In this document: piece by piece, positions 8,267 through 18,873 of the stretch
Position numbering within the stretch: the stretch's first letter is position 1
How the letters are laid out: each line of letters opens with the position of its first letter
From: Candidatus Saccharimonadota bacterium
Lineage (GTDB): Bacteria; Patescibacteriota; Saccharimonadia; Saccharimonadales; Saccharimonadaceae
Direction of reading: 5' to 3'
NCBI GenBank assembly: GCA_017434345.1
Contig: JAFRFM010000039.1
Coordinates: 1 to 63,014 of the forward strand
DNA length: 63,014 bases
The notes under the pieces: generated by a model
What the model was told of the DNA's origin: nothing
Database searches by the model: none
Seen by the model: the letters and a program-made list of their open reading frames with translations, nothing else
Position numbers and translations under genes: made by a program

Positions 8267-10227
8267 AGCTTCTTTAGTCTTACCGCAAATCCGCCACCAG
8301 GCGCCATCCAAATATCTAGGAAATCCTTCTTTGTCACGACACGTTTTTCGATAGTAATCGCAAGTTGGTTATCGCGATAATGCGCCGTAAAATCGTCTCT
8401 GTAAATCTGCGCCTCATACTCTCCGTCGTCGAGATAACTCAAATTAATACGCACTCGCCTAGCCCACTCATTCGTTACTCCGCCGATGTACCAATCCGCG
8501 CTATCTCTATCTTTTCTCGTTACAACATAATATTCGCCAATTTTTCCGAGCAACGGCAAGGTTGTAGCGAAACTTACTGGTACGTCTCGAATAAACTGGT
8601 AAGCTCTAGGCTGAACCTTTTCATAAAACCTCGGTCTGTCCGCCGCCATCTGCATCCCCGAATAAATCGTTACATAGTAAGCCAACTGTCGAGCGAGCGT
8701 TGTGGCAATTCTTTTCGAAAAATTAGTGACGTCAAAAATACCGCTCGTATAGTCCATCCCGCCAGCAAGCAGCCTAGTAAAGGGAAGAATCGTCGTGTGG
8801 GAAGGCGATAACGCCCCGCCCTCGTATTCCTGCCCCCGCGCACCTTCGCGCGTCAGAAGATTAGGGTAAGTCCGCTCTATCCCGGTCCCCTTGATTGGCT
8901 CGTGAATATCAAGCATAATATGCTTTTTTGCGGCTAACTCGACAGTTTTTTGGTAATGTCTTACGCCAACTTGTGAATGGTGATACTCGCGTCGCCCTTG
9001 AATCGTCATCATCGAGCCGGCATACCCAGGTTTTATATATTTAATCCCGTATTTTATGTAATAATCATAGGCCTCTTCTAGCTGTCTTTCGTAATTATCA
9101 ACAAAGCCGACCGTTTCATGGTGCCCGACTAACTGGATATGGTTTTTTCTAGCATAGGCAGAAACTTCGCTCATATTAAAATCATGCATCGCCCTAGTAA
9201 AGCTAGTCGAGTTTCCGTTCTGTAGCCAATCGCCTTCCCAGCCATTATTCCACCCCTCAATCAATAGACCCTCAATCCCTAACCTAACGCAAGCGTCTAT
9301 ATATTCTTTTGCGTGTTTCGTAGTTGCGCCGTGTCTCTCCCCCGGAGCCCACGTCCATTCGCCGACAAACATCGCCCACCAAATCCCCATAAATTTCAAT
9401 GGCTTCACCCAAGAGAAATCATCTTTCGGTGGCTCATTTAAGTTTAGTACCATATGATTTACGATTAAATCCGTAGCCGCATCCGCAATCATAACTACTC
9501 GCCAAGGAGTATTAAATGGCAACTCTACATAAGCTTTCATTCCGTCCGAAAGCGGAGTAATGTCGGACATTAAGGCCTGATTTTTATTCAGTCTAAGCGT
9601 CATCGAGCCATAATCGTATAACGCAGCTTCATGTATAGATATAAAATATCCATTTGGCAACTCAATAGTCAGTGGTGTATGCACCGAATGGGCTAGTTCA
9701 TAAACTGGGTTCTGTGAATAATTATATACATAACGGTCCGGTTGATATGCCGGGATATGCCAAGCTAAAGCATTGTTGTCTATCTTAAATTCAGTAAGTT
9801 CTTCGGAAATAGCCAGACGTTGAAACTCCGGCTGTGGAGGTAATTCATAGCGAAAAGCTACACCATCGTCAAAAATTCTAAAACGCATCGTAAACAAACG
9901 TTTCTTATCTCCTAGCTCTGCCAAATAAAGTGCCAGTTCATTATAATTATTGCGTATCTCTTTTTCTTCTCCCCACTCCGTTTGCCAAACCTCGTCAAAG
10001 CTCCTCTCATGCGCACGAATTACGCCCAGTCCGTCAACCAACGATTTTCTCCCACGCAAAGCTATCCCAATCGTCGAGTCGTTAACAATTACTTTATCGT
10101 CTTTTTTAACATTATAAAAAACCCGACCACGTACCAGTTTCACCTCCGCTACGATTCTTCCGTTCGGAGAAGCTATTTTACGCTCGTATTCTTGTTTCGG
10201 CCTAAATAACCATGAGAATAATCCCAT
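8263..10227 (-). CDS. Glycoside hydrolase family 97 (alpha-glucosidase, SusB-like)
   Basis: FDDGVAFRY, TPWRVV, EGWN.GW, HHET, REGARGQE and PFTRLLAG.MDYT. Confidence 0.93.
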   Translation of the reverse strand: MGLFSWLFRPKQEYERKIASPNGRIVAEVKLVRGRVFYNVKKDDKVIVNDSTIGIALRGRKSLVDGLGVIRAHERSFDEVWQTEWGEEKEIRNNYNELALYLAELGDKKRLFTMRFRIFDDGVAFRYELPPQPEFQRLAISEELTEFKIDNNALAWHIPAYQPDRYVYNYSQNPVYELAHSVHTPLTIELPNGYFISIHEAALYDYGSMTLRLNKNQALMSDITPLSDGMKAYVELPFNTPWRVVMIADAATDLIVNHMVLNLNEPPKDDFSWVKPLKFMGIWWAMFVGEWTWAPGERHGATTKHAKEYIDACVRLGIEGLLIEGWNNGWEGDWLQNGNSTSFTRAMHDFNMSEVSAYARKNHIQLVGHHETVGFVDNYERQLEEAYDYYIKYGIKYIKPGYAGSMMTIQGRREYHHSQVGVRHYQKTVELAAKKHIMLDIHEPIKGTGIERTYPNLLTREGARGQEYEGGALSPSHTTILPFTRLLAGGMDYTSGIFDVTNFSKRIATTLARQLAYYVTIYSGMQMAADRPRFYEKVQPRAYQFIRDVPVSFATTLPLLGKIGEYYVVTRKDRDSADWYIGGVTNEWARRVRINLSYLDDGEYEAQIYRDDFTAHYRDNQLAITIEKRVVTKKDFLDIWMAPGGGFAVRLKKL

Positions 10228-10270
10228 GCCCCCATTATATCATAAACGGCATCTGTGTTATAATAGAGTT

Positions 10271-11788
10271 ATGAGAAGAACAAGGAAAATATCAAAGCTA
10301 CCACTAGTAATCGGATTTATTGTTGTAATTATTACAACATTTTTTATACTAAAAATAGCAACTGGCGGGAAAGTCAGTATTATTAAGAATGGGACCCTCC
10401 ACCTTAGCGATAATTTCACTGAAGAGGATAAACAGCTTATCCTTAGTGCCGTTCCGGAAACCGAAAAGTTCTCTAAAGACTTAAACCTCGACATCGCCCT
10501 TTCTAATTCTCGTCCATCCGACGAAAAAGAAGCCCTTTTCGACATAATTTTACCAACTGTCGATTTTTACGACGAAACTAGCAATATTAGTTCCGAAGGG
10601 TTTCGTACGAACATTGATAGTCCAGCGGCAAATGCTAAAATTTCCGCTACTTCACTTTTTGAACTCTCTCCAGAAAAGAAACTAGTTTCCCTAGACGGAA
10701 AATATTTCCTCGATGATTTTGAGCAAGGAGCACTCTATCGTGTAATTTCTATTAAAGATTTAAATGGAGAAACTATCTCTGATCCAGAAACCGTCGAAGT
10801 TTTACAGAAAATTAGTCAAAAACTCCCAGAATTACCAATGAAAGATACAACTTTGTCTATCAACCAGACTGGCGTTACCGCGCTTACTCGTAAGCTCCAA
10901 ACTAAGCTCGACCAGACCGGCAACGGTGCCTATTTCGCCGAAAATATAGCAGATTTTCTAAAAAATACGGATTTAACACATATCAGCAATGAAGTTTCTT
11001 TCGCCGATAATTGCACCACGAATTCTAGCACTACTACTCTCTGTTCCGATCCACGTATGTTCGCTACCGTTGAAGCTATCGGTACCGACATTGTAGAACT
11101 AACAGGGAATCATAATAACGACTGGTCGGCCGCTGCCAATATTAACAGTATTGAGAAATATCAAAATAGCAACATGCAAACTTTCGGCGGCGGAAAAGAC
11201 GAAGAATCCGCAAAAATACCGCTCGAAATCGATCAGAAAAATACTAAAATTACTTGGGTTGGCGTTAATAATTCTACTTCTACCAAGGCTAATGGTCAAG
11301 GTGCTTCCGGAAATCATCCCGGTGCGAATATTTACGATGAAGAAACCGTTAAGTCTCAAATTTCCGAGGCAAAGGAGCGCGGAGACTCCGTCATTGTCGA
11401 TATCCAGTATTTTGAATGCTATAGTTATCCAGACGGCTATGCCGAAATGCCGTCTTGCGACGCGCCGATTTCCGGTCAGCAGGCTTTCTTCCGTAAAATG
11501 ATTGATTTTGGGGCAGACTTAGTAGTTGGCACTCAGGCCCATCAGCCTCAAACTTTTGAAATCTACGAGGGCAAACCTATTTATTATGGCCTCGGCAACT
11601 TATTCTTTGACCAAACTCGCTGGCCAGGAACCACTAGAAGTATCGTATTGACACACTACTTCAATAACGGCAAACTTCTCCAAACCCGTTTCTCGCCTAC
11701 GGTGTATGACAGTACGTTCCAAACTAGACTAATGGACCAACCCGAGGCAGAAGCCTTCTATAAGCGGTTGGTTACAAGCAGACCATAA
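10271..11788 (+). CDS. CapA family metallophosphoesterase-like protein
   Basis: N-terminal TM; GNH..D, GAD.VVG..AH..Q and YYGLGN.FFDQ; start set at ATG 10271 after TGtTATAAT. Confidence 0.85.
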   Translation: MRRTRKISKLPLVIGFIVVIITTFFILKIATGGKVSIIKNGTLHLSDNFTEEDKQLILSAVPETEKFSKDLNLDIALSNSRPSDEKEALFDIILPTVDFYDETSNISSEGFRTNIDSPAANAKISATSLFELSPEKKLVSLDGKYFLDDFEQGALYRVISIKDLNGETISDPETVEVLQKISQKLPELPMKDTTLSINQTGVTALTRKLQTKLDQTGNGAYFAENIADFLKNTDLTHISNEVSFADNCTTNSSTTTLCSDPRMFATVEAIGTDIVELTGNHNNDWSAAANINSIEKYQNSNMQTFGGGKDEESAKIPLEIDQKNTKITWVGVNNSTSTKANGQGASGNHPGANIYDEETVKSQISEAKERGDSVIVDIQYFECYSYPDGYAEMPSCDAPISGQQAFFRKMIDFGADLVVGTQAHQPQTFEIYEGKPIYYGLGNLFFDQTRWPGTTRSIVLTHYFNNGKLLQTRFSPTVYDSTFQTRLMDQPEAEAFYKRLVTSRP

Positions 11789-11880
11789 GAATGCCAAGGG
11801 CGCAATTCCTATCCCCTGCAAGCTGTCGAAGACCCCGTTGCAGGGGATAGGAACTGCGCCTTGGTATTCTTATGGTCTAC
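11778..11880. repeat. Fold-back element copy B (minimal): ~44-bp imperfect inverted arms around a GTC-GAA-GAC mini-hairpin
   Basis: 11778-11821 is the near reverse complement of 11838-11880; left arm contains the capA stop codon. Confidence 0.75.
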
Positions 11881-11899
11881 AAAATGGTAAATTAGTAGA

Positions 11900-12889
11900 C
11901 TAGTAGGTAGTAAAGTATTGCGACCAGTAGGTCTTATACTGTGAGTTCGCGTCATAAACAAAACCTACCGCGAGCTTTGTGTAGTTTGCGTTCAAAATAT
12001 TCGCTCTATGCTCCGGGGAATTCATCCAGGACGCAACAACCGTCGGCGGCGAAACGGCGGAAATACCACCCGCCAAATTTTCTCCGGCATAACCGCCACC
12101 CTCCGGTATCGGACAGGCCGTCTTCCACTCGCTACCATCCGGCCTAGTATGTGAATATACAGACATAATTTCTAGCGCCCTAGTCTGTGCTGCGCCCTCA
12201 CAAGTCGATGCCCAAGACAGGCTCGCCAAACCGGCTTTCGCCCGCTCCTTATTTACTAAGTTTAGAATCTCCTGCTTCCATTCCGCCACTGGCACTGCCG
12301 CTATCGTCAATTCTATCGTATCACGCCTCGAACCGTCATAAGTGCCGGCGGTAATTGTCGTTGTGCCAGTTCCGACAATCTTCGGGAAACGACAACGCTC
12401 ATTAGAATAGCCTAAGTTCGTACGCGCTTGATAAAAACCTTCAACCACCCCAGGGTTGCTCGTCTGCCAATACATATCTCCAAGATTAGCTAAGGTACCG
12501 CTAACACAAATATCCTGCTCCGCAGTCTGATAGATCGTGAAGTTCGTCTCATTCCATAACTCACCACTTGGTACCGGGTCGGTCGATAAAGTCATCATCG
12601 AAAAACTACCGCCACTAGTCCTTCTCATAGTCCCAGTACTTTTCTGGACTGCCCTCACTACTTCTTCATGTACCGGTTCTTCCAAATAATCCGTAGCCGG
12701 GTCTAGTAATTCAGCATCCTGGCTTTCCTCGGTCGCCTCTACATCGTCAGAACGTTCGGACACAACATGCAAAGTCGTTTCTTTCGGTATCCAAATTGCG
12801 CCAGCAATGACAATCCCGGCTATTACTATCGCAACAGCATTCAAAGATAGCAACAGATGTATCCTAGTCTGCTTTAGCATGCTGACCAT
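11900..12889 (-). CDS. CAP (SCP-like) domain surface protein with Ig-like domain
   Basis: N-terminal TM; LVNKERAKAGL, SHTRPDG, GENLA, WMNSPEHRANIL and YWSQ.F. Confidence 0.9.
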   Translation of the reverse strand: MVSMLKQTRIHLLLSLNAVAIVIAGIVIAGAIWIPKETTLHVVSERSDDVEATEESQDAELLDPATDYLEEPVHEEVVRAVQKSTGTMRRTSGGSFSMMTLSTDPVPSGELWNETNFTIYQTAEQDICVSGTLANLGDMYWQTSNPGVVEGFYQARTNLGYSNERCRFPKIVGTGTTTITAGTYDGSRRDTIELTIAAVPVAEWKQEILNLVNKERAKAGLASLSWASTCEGAAQTRALEIMSVYSHTRPDGSEWKTACPIPEGGGYAGENLAGGISAVSPPTVVASWMNSPEHRANILNANYTKLAVGFVYDANSQYKTYWSQYFTTY

Positions 12890-12890
12890 T

Positions 12891-14234
12891 TTATGCCTTT
12901 AAATGTTTTTCAGAGTCTATCACGGAAGCTACTAGATTGACAATCATTTCCAGTTGAATTAAATCTTTTCGCTCAAAGCTCATTTTCCCGACTGGCTTTC
13001 CTACTAAAATCTGTCCAAAAGAACGCCCCTTTGCATTGCGTAATTCTGCTACCGCTTTTAGGTTTAATCTCTCAAATAGTTTCTTATTTTTACCGTCAAT
13101 CTTTTGCCAGATACCGCCTTCTGCCGCTTCTAGCATCCCGATTTCGTCCAGCTCGTCCGCTGATATCGGTAGCGGCTTCGAGCCATAGAGTCTGCCATCT
13201 ACGATAAAACCAATATAGTCAAAATGTAAATGGTCAGCCAAAAAATCGGCAAGTTCATTTAAGTTTACGTTTTGTGTTGCTAGACGGTTTAGCTTTTTTA
13301 CGATATATGCAATATCTACTTGTCCAACCATAATTAATGATCTAACGTACGCGCTAGCCTCGTTGATTACCGGGACTAACAACAACACGATTACGATCAT
13401 AATGAAGTTTAATACTACTATAGACGCCGACGGGTTCGGAATCTTAAATAAAGCAGTAAAGATAATGAAGAATATCACCATGTAGGCCATAGCACCGAGC
13501 GACATTAATACCGCATAGGATAAAGTTTTTAGCCAACTTGATGACAACACAATTAAGCGGTATCGCAAAATAGCATAGTAGTGCAAAATAATTGCGAGCG
13601 AGCTAGCTAATGGCCCGATCCAAATCAGGCTATAATTTCCGAAGTAGGGAACTATGAAGTCGAAAATTATGCCAAGCGTACCAGCAATCAGCAAGCCATA
13701 AAACAGTACTTGTAGCCCACGGCGCGCGCGCTTATGATGTTCTTTTCGCATCTCTATCCAAGTCGTAACGATAAAGCCAACAATCACTGCTGTACATAGC
13801 AATACATAAGCTAAGAAATATAGAGTGTTTGCATACGTAACCGAGTTGCCCTTGCTAGATAAAGATATCTCTGCGAACATTCTACTCGGATCTACCGCTA
13901 ATGAGATGGAAAGCCAAATGGTTGCTAAAATTACTACGCCCATTACCAGCCAAGTCGACTTTTTCTTCCACCCCACATACCAATACAACATTGCAATATC
14001 TGCAAGTGTCGAAATATACATTACTATCAAACAAGTTGTCGCTCTTGTCATATCACTGGGCTGAGTATCGATGAATAGAGCCATTGAAATTCCCCACACC
14101 GCGGCTGCGATTGTTGTCAAAAAATACGGCACCACCGGCGCACGTTTTCCTTTTTGTGCCCCCAGTAAGACCGTAAAGCCAGATAATACTGTAAGCACGG
14201 ACACTGTCATTAATAAAATAGCAATTAAATTCAT
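12891..14234 (-). CDS. Membrane sensor-like protein (HisKA_7TM-like N-terminus, GAF-like C-terminus, no kinase domain)
   Basis: About 9 TM segments, YAILRYRL motif and GK...SF...DL..LE; start at ATG 14234 after AGGAGG. Confidence 0.6.
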   Translation of the reverse strand: MNLIAILLMTVSVLTVLSGFTVLLGAQKGKRAPVVPYFLTTIAAAVWGISMALFIDTQPSDMTRATTCLIVMYISTLADIAMLYWYVGWKKKSTWLVMGVVILATIWLSISLAVDPSRMFAEISLSSKGNSVTYANTLYFLAYVLLCTAVIVGFIVTTWIEMRKEHHKRARRGLQVLFYGLLIAGTLGIIFDFIVPYFGNYSLIWIGPLASSLAIILHYYAILRYRLIVLSSSWLKTLSYAVLMSLGAMAYMVIFFIIFTALFKIPNPSASIVVLNFIMIVIVLLLVPVINEASAYVRSLIMVGQVDIAYIVKKLNRLATQNVNLNELADFLADHLHFDYIGFIVDGRLYGSKPLPISADELDEIGMLEAAEGGIWQKIDGKNKKLFERLNLKAVAELRNAKGRSFGQILVGKPVGKMSFERKDLIQLEMIVNLVASVIDSEKHLKA

Positions 14235-14347
14235 TGACCTCCTTTTACTAAAATTTACCATATTTTTTTAGAAAGCACAACCCTATTGACATATATTTTT
14301 TTTCAACTAAAATAAAACTTAAGAAATTATAAAAAGGTCATATTATA

Positions 14348-16414
14348 ATGAAAAAAGAACTACAGAAAATCCGCTTACATAGGGTTGCTTGTACTGCTCG
14401 TGCAACCTTAATTTTATCTTTTATTATGCTTGTCGCAATTGCGATTACCTCTGCGGCGCGAGCTCTTACTCTAGTTGATGTTGCAAATGAAGCCGGTATC
14501 CCTAAAAATTGGGAATCTTCAACTGTTGGCATTCCAGAAACAATCACTACCGACATTACTTATTTTGATCAAAAAATGGATCCTTGCCGTTCTTCCGAGC
14601 GTCAATTCGAGTGGTGCGAATGTAATGCTTGCGGTAGTTTTCAGCAAGGTATCGTAAAAGACCACCTCGGAGAAGACGGTCTCCCGATCCCAGCTTATGA
14701 AACCGCTAACAAATCTTTCAATAAGGCATCGCAATGTGTTACTGGTCATGATCCAGTCCTCTCTTCGGACAATTTCTATCGGTGGTTCCATGAAGTTCCT
14801 GAGGTGTCTAAACGTTATGATCGACAAATCACCTTCAACCGTGTCGGTAACTCTAATACGTATCAGTATGGTAGCGCAACTAAAAGTACATGGCCTCTCG
14901 ACGATATTGTTAATGACCCAGATAGCGTCAGTCGCAATGACGTTACGAACAAAAAAGGACATAACTTTAACTTTACCGCACACCTCTCTTTCCCAGTTAA
15001 AATGGAGTTGAGCGGTAACGAAAAATTTGACTTCGCCGGGGATGACGATGTTTGGGTATATCTAAACGGTAAGTTAATTCTTGACATAGGCGGCGTCCAC
15101 TCCGCCGAAAAAGGCTCATTCACCGTTGCAAAAGATGGTACGATTACCGCTACGGTTGCAAGTGGTAACCCTAAGACTAAAACTTTCTCCGCCGAAGAAG
15201 TTGGCATTTCTAAGGGTAAAGTAGTTAATCTAGACTTCTTTTACGCCGAACGCTCAACTTCCGAGTCAAATACCTTGATCACTATTTCCGATATGAGTTG
15301 GCCGATTGCTGCCGAGGCACACGTCCAGGATGAGTTAGTAGACGATAAACTCATTTCTTACACCTCTTCCGTCAAGAATATCGACACTATTAACACTACA
15401 TATGTTACGCACATATCCTCATATATTAACGAGAATAATGGTGAGAACAAAGGCTTTCTACCTTTGAGTTCCGAAACTCTTGAGTATTCTTACGACCAAG
15501 AGAATTGGCATCCAGTAGAAATTGCCTCGCCAAGCAACACTAGCAACGCGTTTGCTTTGAAAAACCAGATTGCTATGACTCCAGCCGGAGGAGATTACGA
15601 TACAGTTTACTTTAAGTATAATGTAGCTCCGGATCTTGATGTAGAGACCTTTGAGGATACCGTTGCATTCTTAACTTCTGATAATGCTGGCTCCGTAGGA
15701 TTTGCTTATGCTAAAACGCAAATGGAATTTGAAAAACCAGTCGTTCCGGTTGAACCGATTCAACCAGAACCTGAGCCCGAACCAGAACCTGAACCGGAGC
15801 CAACTCCTGAACCTGAGCCGGAACCTGAACCAGAACCCGAGCTAACTCCAGAACCTGAGCCGGAGCCTGAACCTGAGCCGGAGCCAGAACCAGAACCTGA
15901 GCCCGAGCCAGAGCCTGAACCTGAGCCGGAGCCAACTCCTGAACCGGAACCAGAACCTGAGCCCGAGCCAACTCCAGAACCTGAGCCGGAACCTGAACCA
16001 ACTCCTGAGCCGAAACCAACCCCTACTCTGAAACCAGTTAATCCAGTCCAACCGACTACCCCGGTCAAAAACGACAATGCTAAAAAAACTGACGATACTA
16101 AAAAGGCCGAAGAGCCAGCTACTATCCCAGCTACGGATTTTGTAGATGATACCCTCCCTGCCTCGGCTGAGTTTGCCTATCTTGAACCGCTAGGCGTCGT
16201 TGCCTACGCTCCGCAAACGGGTGTGGTTAGCCAGGTAGTCTCGCAAATCCTAGGAGAAGACAGCTTTGCCGGAATCATCCTCAGCCAAGTATTTGTTATG
16301 GCCACGCTTGCTATCTTCGCGATAAGTTTCTCTGTCTATTATCCACTTCGTGAATATGCCTCACCGCTAAACCACGCGAAAAAAGAGCCAAAAGTTGGTC
16401 CAGCCAATAAATAA
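14348..16414 (+). CDS. Fibro-slime (PA14-like) domain surface protein with PE-rich stalk and APQTG-TM tail
   Basis: Signal peptide; [27 protein letters not shown] and LDFFYAER; PE/PT repeats; APQTG then a hydrophobic stretch and basic tail. Confidence 0.85.
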   Translation: MKKELQKIRLHRVACTARATLILSFIMLVAIAITSAARALTLVDVANEAGIPKNWESSTVGIPETITTDITYFDQKMDPCRSSERQFEWCECNACGSFQQGIVKDHLGEDGLPIPAYETANKSFNKASQCVTGHDPVLSSDNFYRWFHEVPEVSKRYDRQITFNRVGNSNTYQYGSATKSTWPLDDIVNDPDSVSRNDVTNKKGHNFNFTAHLSFPVKMELSGNEKFDFAGDDDVWVYLNGKLILDIGGVHSAEKGSFTVAKDGTITATVASGNPKTKTFSAEEVGISKGKVVNLDFFYAERSTSESNTLITISDMSWPIAAEAHVQDELVDDKLISYTSSVKNIDTINTTYVTHISSYINENNGENKGFLPLSSETLEYSYDQENWHPVEIASPSNTSNAFALKNQIAMTPAGGDYDTVYFKYNVAPDLDVETFEDTVAFLTSDNAGSVGFAYAKTQMEFEKPVVPVEPIQPEPEPEPEPEPEPTPEPEPEPEPEPELTPEPEPEPEPEPEPEPEPEPEPEPEPEPEPTPEPEPEPEPEPTPEPEPEPEPTPEPKPTPTLKPVNPVQPTTPVKNDNAKKTDDTKKAEEPATIPATDFVDDTLPASAEFAYLEPLGVVAYAPQTGVVSQVVSQILGEDSFAGIILSQVFVMATLAIFAISFSVYYPLREYASPLNHAKKEPKVGPANK
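15764..16020 (+). repeat. Low-complexity CCN-GAR tandem repeat encoding a (PE)n/PT stalk
   Basis: Direct reading of the repeat and its translation. Confidence 0.95.
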
Positions 16415-16425
16415 CTAGGCCTATG

Positions 16426-16452
16426 AAAAACCTCCCGTACGGGAGGTTTTTT
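16426..16452. terminator. Bidirectional terminator
   Basis: AAAAACCTCCCG-TA-CGGGAGGTTTTTT between convergent genes. Confidence 0.85.
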
Positions 16453-16464
16453 GGCTTTTCATAT

Positions 16465-17499
16465 TCACTTCGTTAGCCAAAATAGTACTCCGATATCCCG
16501 ATCGCCAAATTTTAGTGATCGGACCCGGTACTCCTTTATCGGCAAATCTGCGAGTATCTCTCTTAAGAAGAAATCAACAATCTCCGAGTTATCCTTTAGG
16601 AAAGTAATTCTTAATCCTCCGCGCGCGAACGCAATCGGCAATAATAACTTTTCCCAGTCGGGATGCTGGCAATTCACGTCGAACACGAAATCTGCGTTCG
16701 GTGCCATATGCTCGAACACCTCCTCGACATAAGATTTCAACTCGGCACAATCTTCCTCTGTGAATCGGTAAATCATCTGTCCCATCATCTCGACAAACTC
16801 GAACTCGTCCATACCCTCTTGCTTAAAGATCTCCTCATTCGGAATATGGTAAACCTGATAATGTGCGCGTTCCTGTCCATCTGGGAACAGGTTTTCTGCC
16901 GTGATAGACGTATCTGTATCCGTGCAGACCGCTAACTGTTCACCGCTTAACTGATGAATGTAGCGTGTTGAGAACATTCTTCCGCAGCCCAGATAAAGCA
17001 ACTTCTTCGGGCGTTTTTCGCTCACTACGCCCGCAGACCAAGCCGACCTCATTCGAATATACTTAAAAAGTTCTTCTCGTCTGGCCGTGTCGTAGTACGG
17101 GTCAGTCTCCGGAACCTCCGTGATCTGCATATCTATGTCTAGCCCATGCAAAAACGCCATCTCCAGAGATGTTGCCGTAGGTAACGTAGCTAGCATCGGA
17201 ATTAGAAAACGTGATTTTTCGCCTCCTGCGAAATAGACTAAGTCGATTAACGCAGGGTTTTCGAGCATTTTCTCAAACCTCGGCCAAAGAGTCTTCATAA
17301 ACTCCTCGCTAGGCTCCATTTTCATGAATTCCGACTTTAATTTTTTAATGTCCTCTGTAGTGGAGTCTAACTTGTTTGAACCTTTAGCTCTCTCCGCCTG
17401 CCATGCTCTCGTCTTAGCGATGAGCGGATACACTCCTTTCTGATATTCCGGCGGAAACTTCGTGAACAGTTCCTCGAGCGGGTCTCTGAGTACAAACAT
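16465..17499 (-). CDS. Hypothetical protein, possible class I SAM-dependent methyltransferase fold
   Basis: LLYLGCGR glycine motif with a downstream acidic strand end; strong AAGGAGG SD. Confidence 0.5.
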   Translation of the reverse strand: MFVLRDPLEELFTKFPPEYQKGVYPLIAKTRAWQAERAKGSNKLDSTTEDIKKLKSEFMKMEPSEEFMKTLWPRFEKMLENPALIDLVYFAGGEKSRFLIPMLATLPTATSLEMAFLHGLDIDMQITEVPETDPYYDTARREELFKYIRMRSAWSAGVVSEKRPKKLLYLGCGRMFSTRYIHQLSGEQLAVCTDTDTSITAENLFPDGQERAHYQVYHIPNEEIFKQEGMDEFEFVEMMGQMIYRFTEEDCAELKSYVEEVFEHMAPNADFVFDVNCQHPDWEKLLLPIAFARGGLRITFLKDNSEIVDFFLREILADLPIKEYRVRSLKFGDRDIGVLFWLTK

Positions 17500-17583
17500 G
17501 CATAACCCCTCCTTTCTTTTTTGTTTTTTCTACTATAGCACAAACTTCCATAAAAATACAAATACTTATGTTATACTATATAT

Positions 17584-18873
17584 ATGACAATTACTGCGAG
17601 ATTTAAAAAGCGATTTTATTTCGTTGCTGCGGCATATTTTCGTTTTTTTGCAAATTTCGCACTTAAGCGTTGGCATCCGAGAGTTATCGCTATTACTGGC
17701 TCTGTCGGAAAGACAACTATGCTCCATCTTATCGAGGCTCAGCTAGGTTCTCGCGCACACTATTCGCACGATGCTAACTCAGCTTTCGGTGTCGCTTTTG
17801 ATATTGTTGGCCTAAGAGGTATTACTGGTAGTAAATTACGATGGTTTTATCTAATTTTCGCCGTTCCGATTAAGTCATTATTTTTCAAACATACAGAGAA
17901 ATTTTACATCGTCGAGATAGACGGCGAACGCCCGCACGAGACTGAGTTTCTGGCTTCTTGGCTTAAACCGGAAGTTACCCTCTGGATATCTCTCGGCCGT
18001 TCTCACGCCATACAGTTCGAACAACAGGTCAAGGATGGCACATTTGAGAGTTTAGATAAAGCCATTACGCACGAATTCGCCACTCTTCCGGAAAATACTA
18101 AGAAAAAAGTATTTATCGACGGAGACAGCCCTCTCATGGTAAAATCTACCGAAAAAATCAAGGCGAAAAACTTAACTAAGGCGGATATTGTGCTGTGTTA
18201 CAAATCCGAGTTAAAGAAATATTCCGTCTATCCCGACCACGCCGAATTCGTTATTAACCAACATACTTTTTACTTCTCCGCACCTATGCAAAAAGATATC
18301 GCTATCCAGCTTATTATGCTAGAAAAACTCTGTAGCTATCTTAAACTAAAACTTAAAACTGATTTTTCCGGCCTAATTTTACCTCCTGGGCGTAACTCCT
18401 ACTTTGATGGCAAAAACGGCCTAAAAATTATCGATAGTAGTTATAATGCTCACCTTATTAGTATGCAATCTATCCTCGAAATGGCGAAGTCTCTAAAAGT
18501 AAAGCATAAATGGCTAGTCATCGGCGACATCGTCGATCAGGGCTCTATTGAGAGTGAAGAACATAAAAAACTCGCCGATTTAATTGCTAACGCTAATCCA
18601 GAAAAAGTAATCCTTGTCGGAAGACGTACAAAAAAATACACCGCCCCACGTCTTAAGGAATTAGACATCGACTATGTCTCCTTTAACAACCCAAAAGAGG
18701 CTTTAGAATATATCCAAAACTCTACAAAAGGCAACGAAACCCTCATTTTTAAGGGTAGCCAATATCTAGAATGGATTATCGAGAAATTATTAAAAAATCC
18801 ACGAGACGCTGAGTTTTTGCCGCGTCGCGAGCCGGCCGCTATAAAACGTCGAGAAAGGAGAGGGCTAAACTAA
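17584..18873 (+). CDS. murF: Mur ligase, MurF-like
   Basis: IAITGSVGKTT, PGR, IIDSSYNA, GD....G..S...H and FKGS. Confidence 0.75.
   Translation: MTITARFKKRFYFVAAAYFRFFANFALKRWHPRVIAITGSVGKTTMLHLIEAQLGSRAHYSHDANSAFGVAFDIVGLRGITGSKLRWFYLIFAVPIKSLFFKHTEKFYIVEIDGERPHETEFLASWLKPEVTLWISLGRSHAIQFEQQVKDGTFESLDKAITHEFATLPENTKKKVFIDGDSPLMVKSTEKIKAKNLTKADIVLCYKSELKKYSVYPDHAEFVINQHTFYFSAPMQKDIAIQLIMLEKLCSYLKLKLKTDFSGLILPPGRNSYFDGKNGLKIIDSSYNAHLISMQSILEMAKSLKVKHKWLVIGDIVDQGSIESEEHKKLADLIANANPEKVILVGRRTKKYTAPRLKELDIDYVSFNNPKEALEYIQNSTKGNETLIFKGSQYLEWIIEKLLKNPRDAEFLPRREPAAIKRRERRGLN

Noticed and set aside
15711-16077. Antisense GS-, AQV- and RF-repeat ORFs
   Set aside because: Shadow frames of the PE repeat in the fibro-slime gene.
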